Source: Lingula anatina (Eukaryota; Animalia; Brachiopoda). From it: DNA of 64,000 nucleotides. The position numbers were made by a program, and so were the translations under genes. The notes beneath the pieces were generated by a model. That model was not told the DNA's origin and searched no databases. It was given only the letters and a program-made list of their open reading frames with translations. The DNA is taken from NCBI GenBank assembly GCA_051362555.1, contig CM120640.1:36103967-36167966 (forward strand), given 5' to 3'. Each line of letters begins with the position of its first letter. Position 1 is the stretch's first letter. This document shows, one piece after another, positions 34,273 to 47,055 of this stretch.

Positions 34273-37200
34273 CCGACCACAATGCACCTTATAAACGAAT
34301 ATATTTACTTTATAAATCTATTATTCGAATGGATCCTGGATAAATGAAAATGGAAAATCGAGCGCTCTTCTACAGTAGGGGCCTATAGATGTAGGGGGCC
34401 TACGACATGAGCAAAACGTGCAACCGTGGGACTGAAAAATCCCTATTAAATCAGTTTGACACATAACTCAGTTTTCATGGGGCTTCAAAAGCAATATTTT
34501 ATTAATTTCTTAAGTATAACATTGAAGGAAGGTACCTTTCGAAACATTTAAAAATAGGATGTGCTTGTTTACACGACAGATCATACGCCCAGTTTTGAGA
34601 AATGTTGACATACTGGTCCGCGGATTGCATGGAAGCCGATCCCCCCCCCCCCCCTTGGCGTGGGGTTTGGGGCCCGCTGAAGGGCCCCGAAAGTTTTTGG
34701 TATTTTAGAGGGCAAACGGTGCCGTTTGGTACGGTTTAGAACTATGATCCAGTGCAGGCCTACTACTAGTATAGTATATTTCAAGAGGGGACCATTAGTG
34801 TGATTTTTTCAGAAATCGAACGGGGGATCAGGACCCCCCTGACACCCCTCCTAAATCCGCCTCTGAAATCCATATTTGTTCGTTTAAATGCGTGAAAAAG
34901 AAGCGGATTATGTTGTTTAGTCTACGTCTTGTTGTTTACGCCAAATGCGCCATCTATAATGTAGTGGATAGTGTTGAATGAAAGTTCTGACAGCGTGGTC
35001 TTTGAATGTATTCCGTTCTATGACATGGTTTTAGAAGTCGTGTGAATAGGGGTACTAGAGACACACTTGTAAGAGAGGAAAAACAAGTGTTGCGAAGTGA
35101 GCGAAAATGAGAAAAGTAATCAGGCCAGAGGTAAGCATAAAGCTCAAGTGTGTGTGTGTGTGTGTGTGTGTGGGGGGGGGGGGGGGGTCTGTCTAATTAA
35201 GGATATTGTCACCCTTCGCCCAATAAAGAACAAACAAGATTGGGTAGGATTGATTCATTCATTGAATTTTATTCAATTTTATCCAGAAATGAATTTTATT
35301 ACCTGTTGTTTATATTCCAGCACAATCAAGCAAGTGCAGAGGCAACGTTTGTTACATTGAGGACCCTAGTTTCACAGACTTTCAGAGTGCAAGGCAGAGA
35401 TGCCAGTCATTTGGAGGCGATGTGGTTATGGTTGACACACTTGAAGAGAGAAGATTACTGACTGAAATATGTCTTCGTAGTAAGTACATGTATCTATATA
35501 TTACAAGAACTGCATATCATGATTGGGTTTATATTATGATATTGGTCCAATCAGGGAATTATATCAGATGGCTCATGCGGTACAGGTCCTGTTCCAGTTT
35601 GTCCCGTATTTTGGTACTATTAATAACTCCAGTCAGTTCAAACATAATAAGCTAGCCACATGTAGCTATGCCTTTTTCTTGTCTTAATAGAAAAAACGGA
35701 ACAGTGATGATGCCAGTAATGGTATGTTCAGACTGTTACATATACTAGTACTAGTATCTCTCCATAAAAAGATAACTAAAAAGAAATAAATATTGTAGTT
35801 GACATCATTTGGGAAACCAGCCATTATATACTGTGGAACAGTGTATAAGTAATTTGTGCATTGTATTAATAGCTATTATATAGTTTTATAGAATTACAAT
35901 ATTTAACTGAAGAAATAGTTTTCTCAGTCATTTTGTTGTACAATGTAATACACAATACATTATATACAATAAAGTTTATTTTCATGTCGGAAAGAATGAA
36001 ATTAGCTATATTCACCAACAGAATAAATTAAATAATGATACATTAATTGTTTACTACTACTTAATGTAATCTGTTAGGTAACTATACTGCACCGTATCTA
36101 CTGATGGGAGCAACTTACAGTTCAGAACAATGGGTGTGGTTTACTGGAGAAGCAGTAAGTCCATCAGTCATGTCTTGGGCAGTTGGGCAGCCAGAAGATC
36201 CTTCTGCACAGCCATTTCTGTGTATTGATTCCACAACTGGTCTTTGGCATGATTGTGCAAGTGATTTACAGGGAGTTTTGTGTGAGACCCCATCATTCTG
36301 TTCAGGACTGAGCTGCTGCCCTGGCTTAAATAGTACCTGTAGAGTAAACTTACCTGGACATGGCGGCTGTTATTGTGATGAACACTGCTTAACAGTAAGA
36401 GATTGTTGTGTAGACTATGTGGATACCTGTGTAGGTATGCAAATTTTGTTTTTATATTATACTCAACATTTTGTTATCTCATATAAGTTAAAGAGAAGTA
36501 CTGTTTTACTTAAAATGAACTGCTAGTAGAAAGTCAAGTTCCTCCCTCTGGTCATTGACTTGCACCATAAAAAAAACACATTTTTTTCATGTAGGACATC
36601 CATGTATAATAGGATGATTTTTACACATCCCTGGACACTGAAATGCATATTTATGTTAAATTTCTGTTTCTGATAGTAATACATTTATTCTTTTCCTCAG
36701 TGATTGATGAGTGCTTTGCTTACACAACTGTTACTGGTGAAATATCAAGAAGTTCAATGTACCACAAGAATTCTGTTGAAGCAGTAGCATGTGATGATAA
36801 AATAGACCACGGCTGGTTAAGATTTGACATGATAACTGGGAATGATATGCCTGTGACCTGCCATTTTGAAGGTGACTGTGGTACAGATAATACCATATGG
36901 CTTAATGGTAGGTACCTTTAAATATATATCTTTCATTGTTATAGACAGGCACTGTATATAAAAAGTGTCTGAATAGTGTCTATATATATTCTGATTAGTA
37001 TGGCTGTCCACAGTCTGTCTCTCCCTGTCGTTGCTGTCGCCGTCGCCATCCCTGTCACTATCAACGTTTTCCCCATAACTGCCAAACCATATTTTTGTTT
37101 TACTTTAAATTTACTGAGTGACCTTGTTTGGTAAAGAGGCAGGATACATTTACATTTTTCGGTAATTATTCTGTTTTTTTTCCACAATTTTTTTTTACAT

Positions 37201-39875
37201 TGGCCCCATAACTTTTAAACTGTATTTTTGTTTTACTTTCAATTTACTGAGTGGCTTTGTTTGGTAAAGGTGCAGGATTTTTATAAAAAATCAGCATGAT
37301 CGCTTTACATTTATAGTTATTATTCTTTTTTTTGTGTAAAATTTTTATTTTTCACACAGTAACATTTCCATTGGCTTTTATATCCCACATGGAACTGAAT
37401 CACTTCCTAGTTTTTCAATGGCCATGTTACCTGTAGTACATAATGTGAGAGGGTGAGAGTGATTATGCTGCTTGAAAGCATTATGTAACAGTGCATCAAA
37501 ATTGTCCAAAACATTATTGTTTGCACTTTTTTCTGCAAAATGTCTGAACATTTGTCAGCTTTTCTGCCTTGTTTCCTGTATGGTGTCTGTATATTTGTTA
37601 TCTGTGCTGTCTAGTTATAGAAATGTGTCCTAAATGTGTATACCAACTCGGAAAACTGTAATCAAAAGCTCACGTAAGGTGCATTCACAATGAATCTGTC
37701 ATACTAACTATGTAGTGCACACTAATTCCACTGGGACTCTCTTGGCATTGTGAGAGAATATAACCGCCCGGGGGGGGGGGGGGGGGGGTTTGTTCGAAAG
37801 AACCACTCTTTTTGGTGGAAAAATTTCCACTATGGGTAAAATTTATCTATCTACTTGAGGATTTTGTGGTAAAAGGTCCACTTTTTCAGAAAACGACCCT
37901 CCCCCCCCTCTGAAATTGCTGGCTACGGGCCTGCCACCTTATAACTGTAGTGAATTAGAGGCCAATTGAATGATGTTGTGATTTTATAGTTTTTTGAAAA
38001 TTGCAAAGGGGCTTTCCAATGTAAAATAAAAAAAATTCCTGTGACTGGATCCAATCCAGGTAAAACATGTTTTGTGCAATGTTATCCTATGGGGATTTTT
38101 TTTTAATTTCAGGATTTTTTATTCAGAATAAGATAAGGGCCATCAACTAAATTTGGTGGTCAGATCTGGGTACCAGCACATTGATTAAAAAAAATCTGAG
38201 CAATACATTCAGTATTATGAGCCAGACAGTGTAAACAGACATACCTATAAACAAACACACAAGCACACACACACACACAAACCGACCAAACAACATACCT
38301 TGCAATTCTGGAAAGGGGATTTAAAAAAAAAAAAATAATAATAATAAAATAAAATAAAATAATAATCCATCATGGAGGTCATGAAATAGCAAAGAAACAT
38401 TACCATTTATCACTAAATAGGGGAAGTTCAAGCACTTACTTTATCACAATTTTTGCATCACAGGTTCCTTACCCTCTGCTGCTGATGGTATCATTAACAG
38501 AACTGCATGTGTAAAGAATTCCACTGTTTGTTGTGCCAAGACGTATGACATACAGATTAAGAACTGTTCTACATACAATGTGTATCATCTGCCACCTGTG
38601 ACTCAGTGTCCTGAGCGTTACTGTATAGGTCAGTGCTTGTCTCGTAATTTTTCATTGATAATGAATTAAGATACATATACTAGTTCCTATATGTATCTGG
38701 GTACATGTATTTACAATGTACAAGGTGACTGTTTGAATTTTAATTTGTCATTTGTTCAAGTTTTCACCATGGCACAAAAATACACAAAATAAACATTAAT
38801 GTTATATATGGGCATGCTAGTATACAGCAATTTTATGCATTGCATGTAACTGATGTTAAAATGATTGAACTGACTGTAAAATTTAATAAGATGCACATTT
38901 TTAATGGTTGTACATGTAAAAAAAATTCTTATTTCCTCATCTGGTTTACAATTCATTTAGGTGATAAGGCACTCTGTCCCCCAGGAACTGTCTCAGAAAA
39001 TGGATTTGAACCAGGTTGCTCAGGTTAGGTCCATACATTTATTAAATTTAAAGAGTTATGCATATGATGAAGGTTTTATAAAGGTCACACTTTGTCTAGC
39101 ACTTGACAAGCATAAAAGTATACTAAGATGGATAAATTAAATAATTGAATATATTTACTCAGTTTTTAAGAATTGGCAGCATTTGGTTAACTCATATTAC
39201 AGTAAAACAAAAGGGAGAACAACTGTTCTTATTATATACGTATTTCACATTAAATACATTGTAAACAACTCACAAAAATATGATAAATTCTATTTTACCA
39301 CCAAAACGGTGGTTATTCTGGAATTTGTGCTTGCCATCAGATCACGTTACCTCCATAGATGGCTACACTCTGTAATAATCTCTAAAGGGAATATTACAAA
39401 AACAAAAACAAAAAAAAACTTTTTAGGAAAAAACCAGGGACTAACTTTGAATGTCGGAATGGATTCATTAACCAATGGTCAGTATGGTAAAATTGTCGTT
39501 TACCCCAGGAAAATCCATTTTTTTTGGCCAAAATGAACCTTTTAACAAACATCCCTTTAAATAAACAGTTTGCGTATAAAAGTTTTCATTTTGTTAGATA
39601 ACTTCCCAAATATAACGCAGCAACCAGACATTCAAGTGGATGAAAGAGTTGTACGCTATACTTTTGGAAATATACCAAAAAAAGAGCTTATGTTCACCTG
39701 CCTGCCCTACTATGATGAAGTTCCTCCAGAGCGGCTGTCTCAGCTTGTCTTTCATGTGGAATGGTACATTGATTCACAACTTGTCCATGAGGAGGACAGC
39801 GTCAATGTTACTGATTTGCCTGCTCAGCTCAGAGAAAGTGTCTGGCTGAGCAAATCAATTACTCTTGGTTTTCAG
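33782..39875 (+). CDS. Truncated duplicate of the VWDE-like gene (SP-CTL-SMB-D8C-partial Ig-like, 436 codons, no stop); may splice to 40379-40567
   Basis: Exons 33782-33860 (signal peptide MEGGLGSQRYGKIIFLVLTVFSVWSA), 35321-35479, 36078-36434, 36701-36907, 38464-38628, 38961-39023, 39598-39875. The frame is open throughout and splice sites are intact. Confidence 0.8.
36940..37614 (+). mobile_element. Degenerate Helitron/Helentron-like non-autonomous element (also at ~50130-50945)
   Basis: 5' ATAGAC...GTCTAT inverted motif, GTCGCC-type microsatellite, two ~135-bp internal repeats, ends with CTAG-T. Confidence 0.5.
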
Positions 39876-40378
39876 GTAAGAGGATATGTGATATTTTTAT
39901 GGCTTTTATAGGCTACATTTAAAACCAGAAATTTGGCAGAAATAGTTTGTCTGGGGTCATATCTTTGTGTGTTCACATTCTTACTCCCCACCCATCTGCA
40001 CCAATTGATCCTCACCTTTATCATTACTCCTCCACACCATTCCTTCTCCAAATCAACACATATCTAACACACTTGAGACCAAAATGTCGCAGAACTTAGT
40101 CCTAAGTCAATTTAAGATTGATATTGTATGGAGTGTGGTGTAAAGGTGGGAGTTGTAGCAATAAATGCTACAGGTGATAATTGAGACGTCATAACTAAAT
40201 TGTTATTGGGGAAGGGATAATGGTGGTGAAAATTGCAATAATGATAATTCTGAGTAGATGAACTAGATCGGTCAACACAGTCTGCCCTTTTTGTTAACCA
40301 GTCCTTCCTGTAAATGTAGAACATTAACATGAGTTTGCTTTTTTTTCCTTCTTGTTTACATTTTCTCTTGTATTTCAG

Positions 40379-40567
40379 GATACAGAGGTGGACCCCGTGG
40401 TGGTAGTGCAGGGAGAGGGGGAAGGGGAAATTATGGCGGAAAATCCAACAGCTATGGTGGGTCAACACCTCCACAAGTGGCAGCATAACAAGAAGCAACA
40501 ACAACAAATATTAAGTCTCGAATTTGAAAGTCCAGTAAAAAGGAAAACAACAACAGCAGGAGAATAG
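40379..40567 (+). other. Orphan duplicate of the Caprin terminal (RGG) exon; open 62-codon alternative frame ending at TAG 40565-67
   Basis: Near-identical to 30469-30657 with an intact acceptor TATTTCAG. The Caprin frame stops at 40486-88. The phase-0 frame reads DTEVDPVVVVQGEGEGE...TTTAGE*. Confidence 0.85.
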
Positions 40568-40781
40568 TGTGGTGTTAGAGAAAGCTTTCTCCTTTTAGAG
40601 CTTGGATGTTTGGAGTATGAAGGAACATCTACTCCTCCAACTTTTCAGTTTGAGGCTAAAGATCAGCGAAGTTAGAAGGCAAATTTCAAGAGCAACAACA
40701 AAGTTGGAAGAAAAAAATATTAAAAAAAAAACAAAAAAAAAGTATTTGTCATGACCAATAGGGAAAGTAAAAACAAGACTA

Positions 40782-41974
40782 CGGTAAAGTCTTGAAAATT
40801 TCGTCGTTCTTAAAAATTTCGTCGGCAGACGATTTTCCGCCGACGTAATTTTTTTCCCTTTGAAAACTTCGTCGACCTTGAAAATGAGGTACTCGATAAT
40901 TTTTGAAAAGTTCGTCACCAAATATGGCCGCGTTGTCCGGCTCAAACATGAAGGTAATGCGTCAGTTGATTCAAGACAATGATACGATCAGGATATCATT
41001 GCCGATAACACTCTCAATGGGAGATAGGAACAATAGTGCGCCCCTGCGAGCGGTTACTCACAATATAGATGGTTTAGATGTGAATTCCCGTTCTCAATTG
41101 CGGGAACGTCGGCCTTTTGTCTTTAGTTGCATTACTATTACCTGGCTTAAGGTGCGTTATCAAGCCGGCAAATAGAAGTCACAGGCCGCGGCTTTGTCAT
41201 TTGTAACGCCGTTATTGTTATCGGCGGCTGTCCTAAATGAGGAAGACACAATGAAAAAATCAAGATATTATCTCGAAGTGAAATGTACCCGTCACTTCTA
41301 TTCATGTCCATGTTCAATTTAGGACCATTTAACGATTACCTGGCTCGTACATGGAGATCGTTCGCAATGCGAATGGGACGAGATGGCAATTTTCATATCT
41401 TCAGCGGAGAATCGTTCGCGTAATATCGTCAACAGATCGTTCGCGATCCAAAAGAGACGAGAAGATAATTTTCATATTTGTAGCGGACTCCGTTCGCATA
41501 AGATCATCAGCGGGAGATCGTTTGCGATTCGAGAGAGACGAAAAAGCAATCTTCATATCTTCAGCGGGAGATCGTTCGCGATGTAAGTGAGAATAAAATG
41601 CACTTTTCATATTTGTTCAAGGGAACTTCGTTCGTGGAAGATCGTCAACAGGAGATCATTATTTTAACCCCCCCCCCCCTTTGAATTTTATAAATAATAT
41701 ATATTTTTCATTTTATCTTTAACCCCCCCTTCCCCCGCTCACGGCATATCTTCAGCGGAAAATCGTTCGCGTAATATCGTCAAGACTTTGTTCGCGTAAG
41801 ATCGTCAGAGGGAGATCGTTCGCGATCCGAGCGAGACGAAAAGGCAATTTTCATATCATCATCGGGAGATCGTTCGCGATGTAAGCAAGAATGAAATGCA
41901 ATTTTCATATTAGTTCAAGGGATTTAGGGAACTTCGTTGGCGGAAGATCGTCAGCGGGAGATTATTTAACCCCC

Positions 41975-42005
<31 letters not shown>

Positions 42006-43257
42006 ACTTTGGATTTTTAAAAAATATTCGTTTTCATTTGATCTTTAATCCGCCCCCCCTTCCCCCGCTCACGGTATATCTTCGGCGGAGAATTGTTCGC
42101 GTAATATCCTCAGGACTTCGTTCGCGTAAGATCATATCAGAGGGAGATCGTTCGCAATCCTACATGTAGCTTGACGTAAAGGCAATTTTCATATCTTCAT
42201 CGGGAGATTGTTCGCGATGTAAGCAATAATAAAGTGTAGTTTTCATATTAGTTCAAGGAACCCAGTTTGCGAACGATCGTCAGCGGGAGATCATTATTTT
42301 AACCCCGCCTCCCCCTTTGAATATTATAAATAATAAATATATATTTAGTTTTATCTTTAACCCCCCTTCCCCGCTCACGGCATATCTTCGGCGGAGAATC
42401 GTTTGCGTACTATCGTCAGGACTTTGTTCGCGTAAAATCGTCAGAGGGAGATCGTTCGCGATCCGAGCGAGACGAAAAGGCAATTTTCATATCATCATTG
42501 GGAGATCGTCCGCGATGTAAGCAAGAATGAAATGCAATTTTCATATTAGTTCAAGGGATTTAGGGAACTTCGTTAGCGGAAGATCGTCAGCGGGAGATCG
42601 TTCGCGATCCTTGCTTAACTTACTGTACCCGAAAAGGCAGTTTTCACATCTTCATCGGGAGATTGTTCGCGATGTAAGCAATAATAAAATGCAGTTTTCA
42701 TATTAGTTCAAGGAACTTAAATTGCGGAAGATCGTCAACGGGAGATCATTATTTTAACTCCCTGTAAATTTTTAGGAAGTTACAGATGGTAATTTTAGAA
42801 GGCCTGACACTCAATCCTGGGAAAAGCCCTGCATGCGACAAACGTTCCCAAGTGCGTAATTTTTTTTAACATGTTGCGTCCAGGTTATGATGCAAGGTTG
42901 CAATTAGGCTTATCTTCATCCTTCCGATCTCCTCTATCAGGAGGTATGTTTCTTACCGAGAAAATAATTCTCAACATGTTTTCGGGTACAGTAAGTTAAA
43001 TATAACTTAATCGAGATACACTAATAAATTGATTATTATTTACCACCAGAAAATGACTTAGGAAGTAGTAATAAATATCCCACCATATAGGAGGGTCAAA
43101 GATAACAGTCGCTAAGGATAAAAGCCCAAAGGCCGGATTTTTGAAAATTTCGTCATACCCAGGAGTCGGGGAGAGGTAATTTTGAAAAATTAGTCGGATT
43201 TACACAATTAAAAATATTAATTAATTTTTAAGCGACGAAATTTTCAAGACTTTACCG
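40782..43257. mobile_element. Non-autonomous DNA transposon (Tc1/mariner-pogo-like, TA TSD), 2476 bp, carrying an internal satellite
   Basis: Perfect 25-bp TIR CGGTAAAGTCTTGAAAATTTCGTCG / CGACGAAATTTTCAAGACTTTACCG with TA on both sides. The empty site AAGACTATCAGACC is at ~30867 in unit 1. Subterminal GAAAA.TTCGTC motifs; no transposase ORF. Confidence 0.92.
41350..42760. repeat. Complex tandem repeat inside the transposon
   Basis: Recurrent GGGAGATCGTTCGCGAT / TTTTCATAT subunits (~30-65 bp) in ~305-330-bp blocks. Anchor GGAGAT(CAT)TATTT(T)AAC at 41651, 41957, 42286 and 42741. Confidence 0.9.
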
Positions 43258-45754
43258 TATCAGACCCAAGTGGACTGCTTGATCTAGAGTCATCTCAGCA
43301 ACAGTGTTTTGGTTCTATAAGTATAACTAACAACTTAACTGTGTTGTTCGTAAGTATATATATAAGAAAGCATGAAATCCCAAACTGGGAATTTTCAGTT
43401 AAGAGAAAAAAAAAGTAAAAAGCAGAAAAAAAGAGAAAAACCCACTGATGTGACAGAGCACTTTGTAATTTAGCTATGTTTCCTCAGGATAACAATCTGT
43501 TGCAGCGGTTCTTTTACTACATCCACTCCATAGATGCTTGAAAGCTATGTTGATAATTTGCTTAGGGGATTGGGGAAGGGGGTGGGACCTGTACAGAGTT
43601 GGACTGTGGCAGAGCATCTTTTGTAAACTAATTTTTAGGGTTCCTTGTCAAAGGCAGTATGTTAGGTATCATATATCAGATGTATTGCGGATGTAAATTT
43701 AAAGTGATGGTCCTGTCTTTATTTGCTCCCATCTCTGCTTTTGTATGTGCATACTCAGATGTTTATAGAAGCCAAATAAATTCTCTCAGTAAAATGTGTG
43801 GCTTTTCTCCGTAACAATCTGTGAAATGATTTAAAAAAAACTAACTTTGAATGTTGAAATGGATTAATTTAACATTGGTAAATGTGAGAAAATCGTCATT
43901 AACTTCACCAAAATGAGAAGTTTTTATCCCTTTTATCAAAACTTGACCACAAATGTTGCAGTATGTCATGTCGATTTAAATTGGATATATAAAAATCTAT
44001 TCGGTGAGATGGGGATGTTTGAATAGACAACTTTTTAGAAGCCTTTATCTTTGATTCGCCTCTTACCTTGCCTCGGTGAACGTATTTGTTTTCATCTGTG
44101 GATTATTTGAAACTCGTAGGTACATCACTTAAAGTCGGCTGGTCCAACGAAATGGAATATGCTACCAAATGAAATCCGCTCAATTGAATCGACTGATAAT
44201 TTTAAAGGAGTTGAGAACAGCTTTTAGGAAATTTTATTATTGATTACATTGATTGCAATTGTTTTTATGTGAGAATTGCGGTGTATTTTTCTAGAATCTT
44301 AAGTTGAAACGCCCGTAAAGTGGGCACGTGATCAGATTTTATTTGGCGGTCAGTTTGTGTGTCTTGACTTTTTTCGATCTGCGTAGACTGCGTGCCCAAT
44401 TCCTTATGATAACAGCACTCATTCACAATACGTACAATGTAGGTCCATTTGAAGAAAAGTGAAAAATGAAGTTAAATATAAATTCCACACTTCTTTTTCT
44501 AAACCTCTGGGTAATGATAAATGATAAATCGAGCTTTTTGTATAAATCGTGGAAAATTTTTAATTCATGCCTTGCCATTATGGGAAATTTTCACATACAG
44601 TAACGAAGGTTTTAGTAACGAAAGTGTTAAAAAGAACCCTATCACTGTATGGTTTAATATTTACACGTTATGAATACTAACAATATAGTTTGCAAATTAC
44701 TCTATGAGACAGCAGTTTTCGTGCTCTGTCACCTTATCGTCTACCTAACCATGGATGTAACCGAATGGAAGATTTTATTAATGACTCAAATATTGCAAAA
44801 ACATCAAGCAACTTAAAATAATGACCTGCAGCAAAAGACGTTATGAAGGTTTTTTCAAAATTTTAAGAACTGGGCGACACCGCGAAAGTAGCCGCAAGCT
44901 TTTTGTCGAGTTATTTAAAATAAACATTCCAGTCATTTTCTGAGACGTTAGATATCATACTCGCTTCTTGAAAAATTTCAGATTTTTTACTGTAGTAAAA
45001 ATACACTAGATCAATTGGAGAATGTGAGATGGTGCTGCAAGCGACAGTAACGAAGGCTTAAAATTTAGACTGTTTATGTTTTTTTTTTTGTGTGTATGTG
45101 AGAACAAATAGATATAGTAATACTTCTTTACTTTTAAGTTGTAAGTCTGATATAAGTTAAGATCCAATTGGGCAAACAATTCTTTCGCTTGCTTAATTTG
45201 TAAATAATAAAACAAATTTTGAATGACCCTATATGGAGAATGAGTGACAGTGTACCTTTAACTGTCGCTTTGGATCTTCTACTGTGTTGACATGGAAACA
45301 GGGCTACACTATACCAGATCTCTCAAAGGCCATTCAGAACAAGCTTATCCGCGGACTAACAAATCTGCGGACTTCATATGACCGACTCATTTGAAAGTAG
45401 CGCCGACTAATTCCGTGATGGCTTCCCCGCCTCCACACGCGCCGTCGCTGCAGGGGCCTTGCAATAAAACCTCAGATATGAGATTTAACCCGTTAAATAG
45501 CGCGGGGGGAGGGGGGGGGGCAGTAGGGGCTCTGTCCACCGTTTATGTCACTTACATATTGCGTTGGGGCTCGACTCAAGACAACATATTTCCAACTTCA
45601 TGTTGGCCCTACATAATATCCTTTGATACTCTCTCGCTTTTTCTTTTTATGATGCTAAGCCCTCCACAGAAATTTGCTTTCTTCGCGTCTGCTATCGCGT
45701 TCCCCGTTTCTCCCTTTTTGGATTCTGTTAATAATGTATCTGAGGTTTGTTTTA

Positions 45755-45967
45755 GGGTCTATTCCCACAACTTTAGATCGATCTATCACCGCGGGGAGTC
45801 TCACTAGATTACTGTCAGATAATCCCCCTTAAGTGTCCGTCCCCGCCTACTACAAGCTGTAAGGGGTAATTAACTTTCGTATCCGCCCGGCTGACAGCTA
45901 TTTAGCGCGAACCCCGGGGAGTTAGGTCGATCTAAAGTAGGTCGATCTAATCTATGGAAATGGGGTG
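45755..45967. mobile_element. 213-bp PIF/Harbinger (Tourist-like) MITE, copy B
   Basis: TTA TSD (45752-54 and 45968-70). Absent at the paralogous site ~33194 in unit 1. Homologous to 24066-24278. Confidence 0.85.
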
Positions 45968-46389
45968 TTAGATTTAGACATGTTTAGTTCTATTTGTTGA
46001 GTGCAACAAAGCACTAGCTGGTCCAAAGAGTATTCGAGAAAGCTACAGAAATTTGAATACTTTTTTTACGTATTTGGAATGCGGAAGTTTTTATTAGCTA
46101 CAGGTTAGTCAGTCGATGTTGAAAAAACTTTTCTTTGTATCAAGTCTTCGTAGCCAATAAAATTTCGCCCTTGGAAGACAGATTTGAAAGGTGACAGGTA
46201 AAAGGAAACCCCTTTCCATTATTTCATTGAAATTCGATGACTTTCTGAATAGAACTAGGGGCTTGCATGAAACGTCCTTTATACTCCTGTATGGGGTATG
46301 TGCAGTTGTGTATGCATCCGTGTTGGTCTTTTGAATATATGAAAAGAGTACCTTTGACAGTAAAACACGACCTTCGCAAAGTTTCATTA

Positions 46390-46433
<44 letters not shown>

Positions 46434-46544
46434 GGAGCAAATCTGCACCAAGTTAAAAAAACATCAACAGAGCTTGTCAATCAGACACGTAAATGTTGGA
46501 ACTTCCCGAAAAGATTAGTGATTATTTGGCACCCTTGGTCAGAC

Positions 46545-46626
46545 ATGGAAGGCGGTCTTGGCAGCCAAAGATATGGAAAGATTATTTTCCTAGTCCTCAC
46601 AGTTTTTAGTGTTTGGTCAGCAGGTG

Positions 46627-46704
<78 letters not shown>

Positions 46705-47021
46705 GACTCCAGTTTGAAGAACAATCGAATCGATAGGTAAGAATTCTAAATAACATCTCATATATTTAAGGGTCCAAATATTGACTTTTCCGAAGTCTGA
46801 AGGACTGATCTGTAACATGAACAAGAATATATGAAATAATTGTTAAACAATTAGGATAAACTTGAGACATAGTCCCTCATGGTAATTTCAAAATCTATAG
46901 TTAACCACTTTGAATTCAACAGAGAATTAAGTGGTTGGTTTTGAAACTATCGTATAATATTTTAACAGAAACATACAATTATTGATTATGGATGTCTATA
47001 AGATGTCTCTCGATACTGTTT

Positions 47022-47055
<34 letters not shown>

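Larger units (their letters stand above)
30158..39956 (+). repeat. Tandem segmental duplication, unit 1
   Basis: Colinear with 40069-53314 from ACACTTGAGA (Caprin last intron) to CTGGGG (VWDE-like intron 7). The units differ by substitutions, indels and TE insertions. Confidence 0.95.

Noticed and set aside
34978-35136. ATGs at 34978 and ~35107 with donor AGAG|GTAAGC as the first exon of the VWDE-like gene
   Set aside because: Early stop or wrong phase for the 35321 acceptor, and no good signal peptide. Exon 33782-33860 fits better. A non-coding alternative exon is not excluded.
39183-39536. 117-aa ORF conserved in both duplication units (also 52541-52894)
   Set aside because: Intronic, non-ATG start and AT-rich. 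The conservation only reflects near-identity of the duplicated DNA here.
41350-42760. CRISPR-like look of the recurring GGGAGATCGTTCGCG motif
   Set aside because: The intervening sequences are themselves repeats, not unique spacers. There are no cas genes, the context is eukaryotic, and the array lies inside a TIR element.
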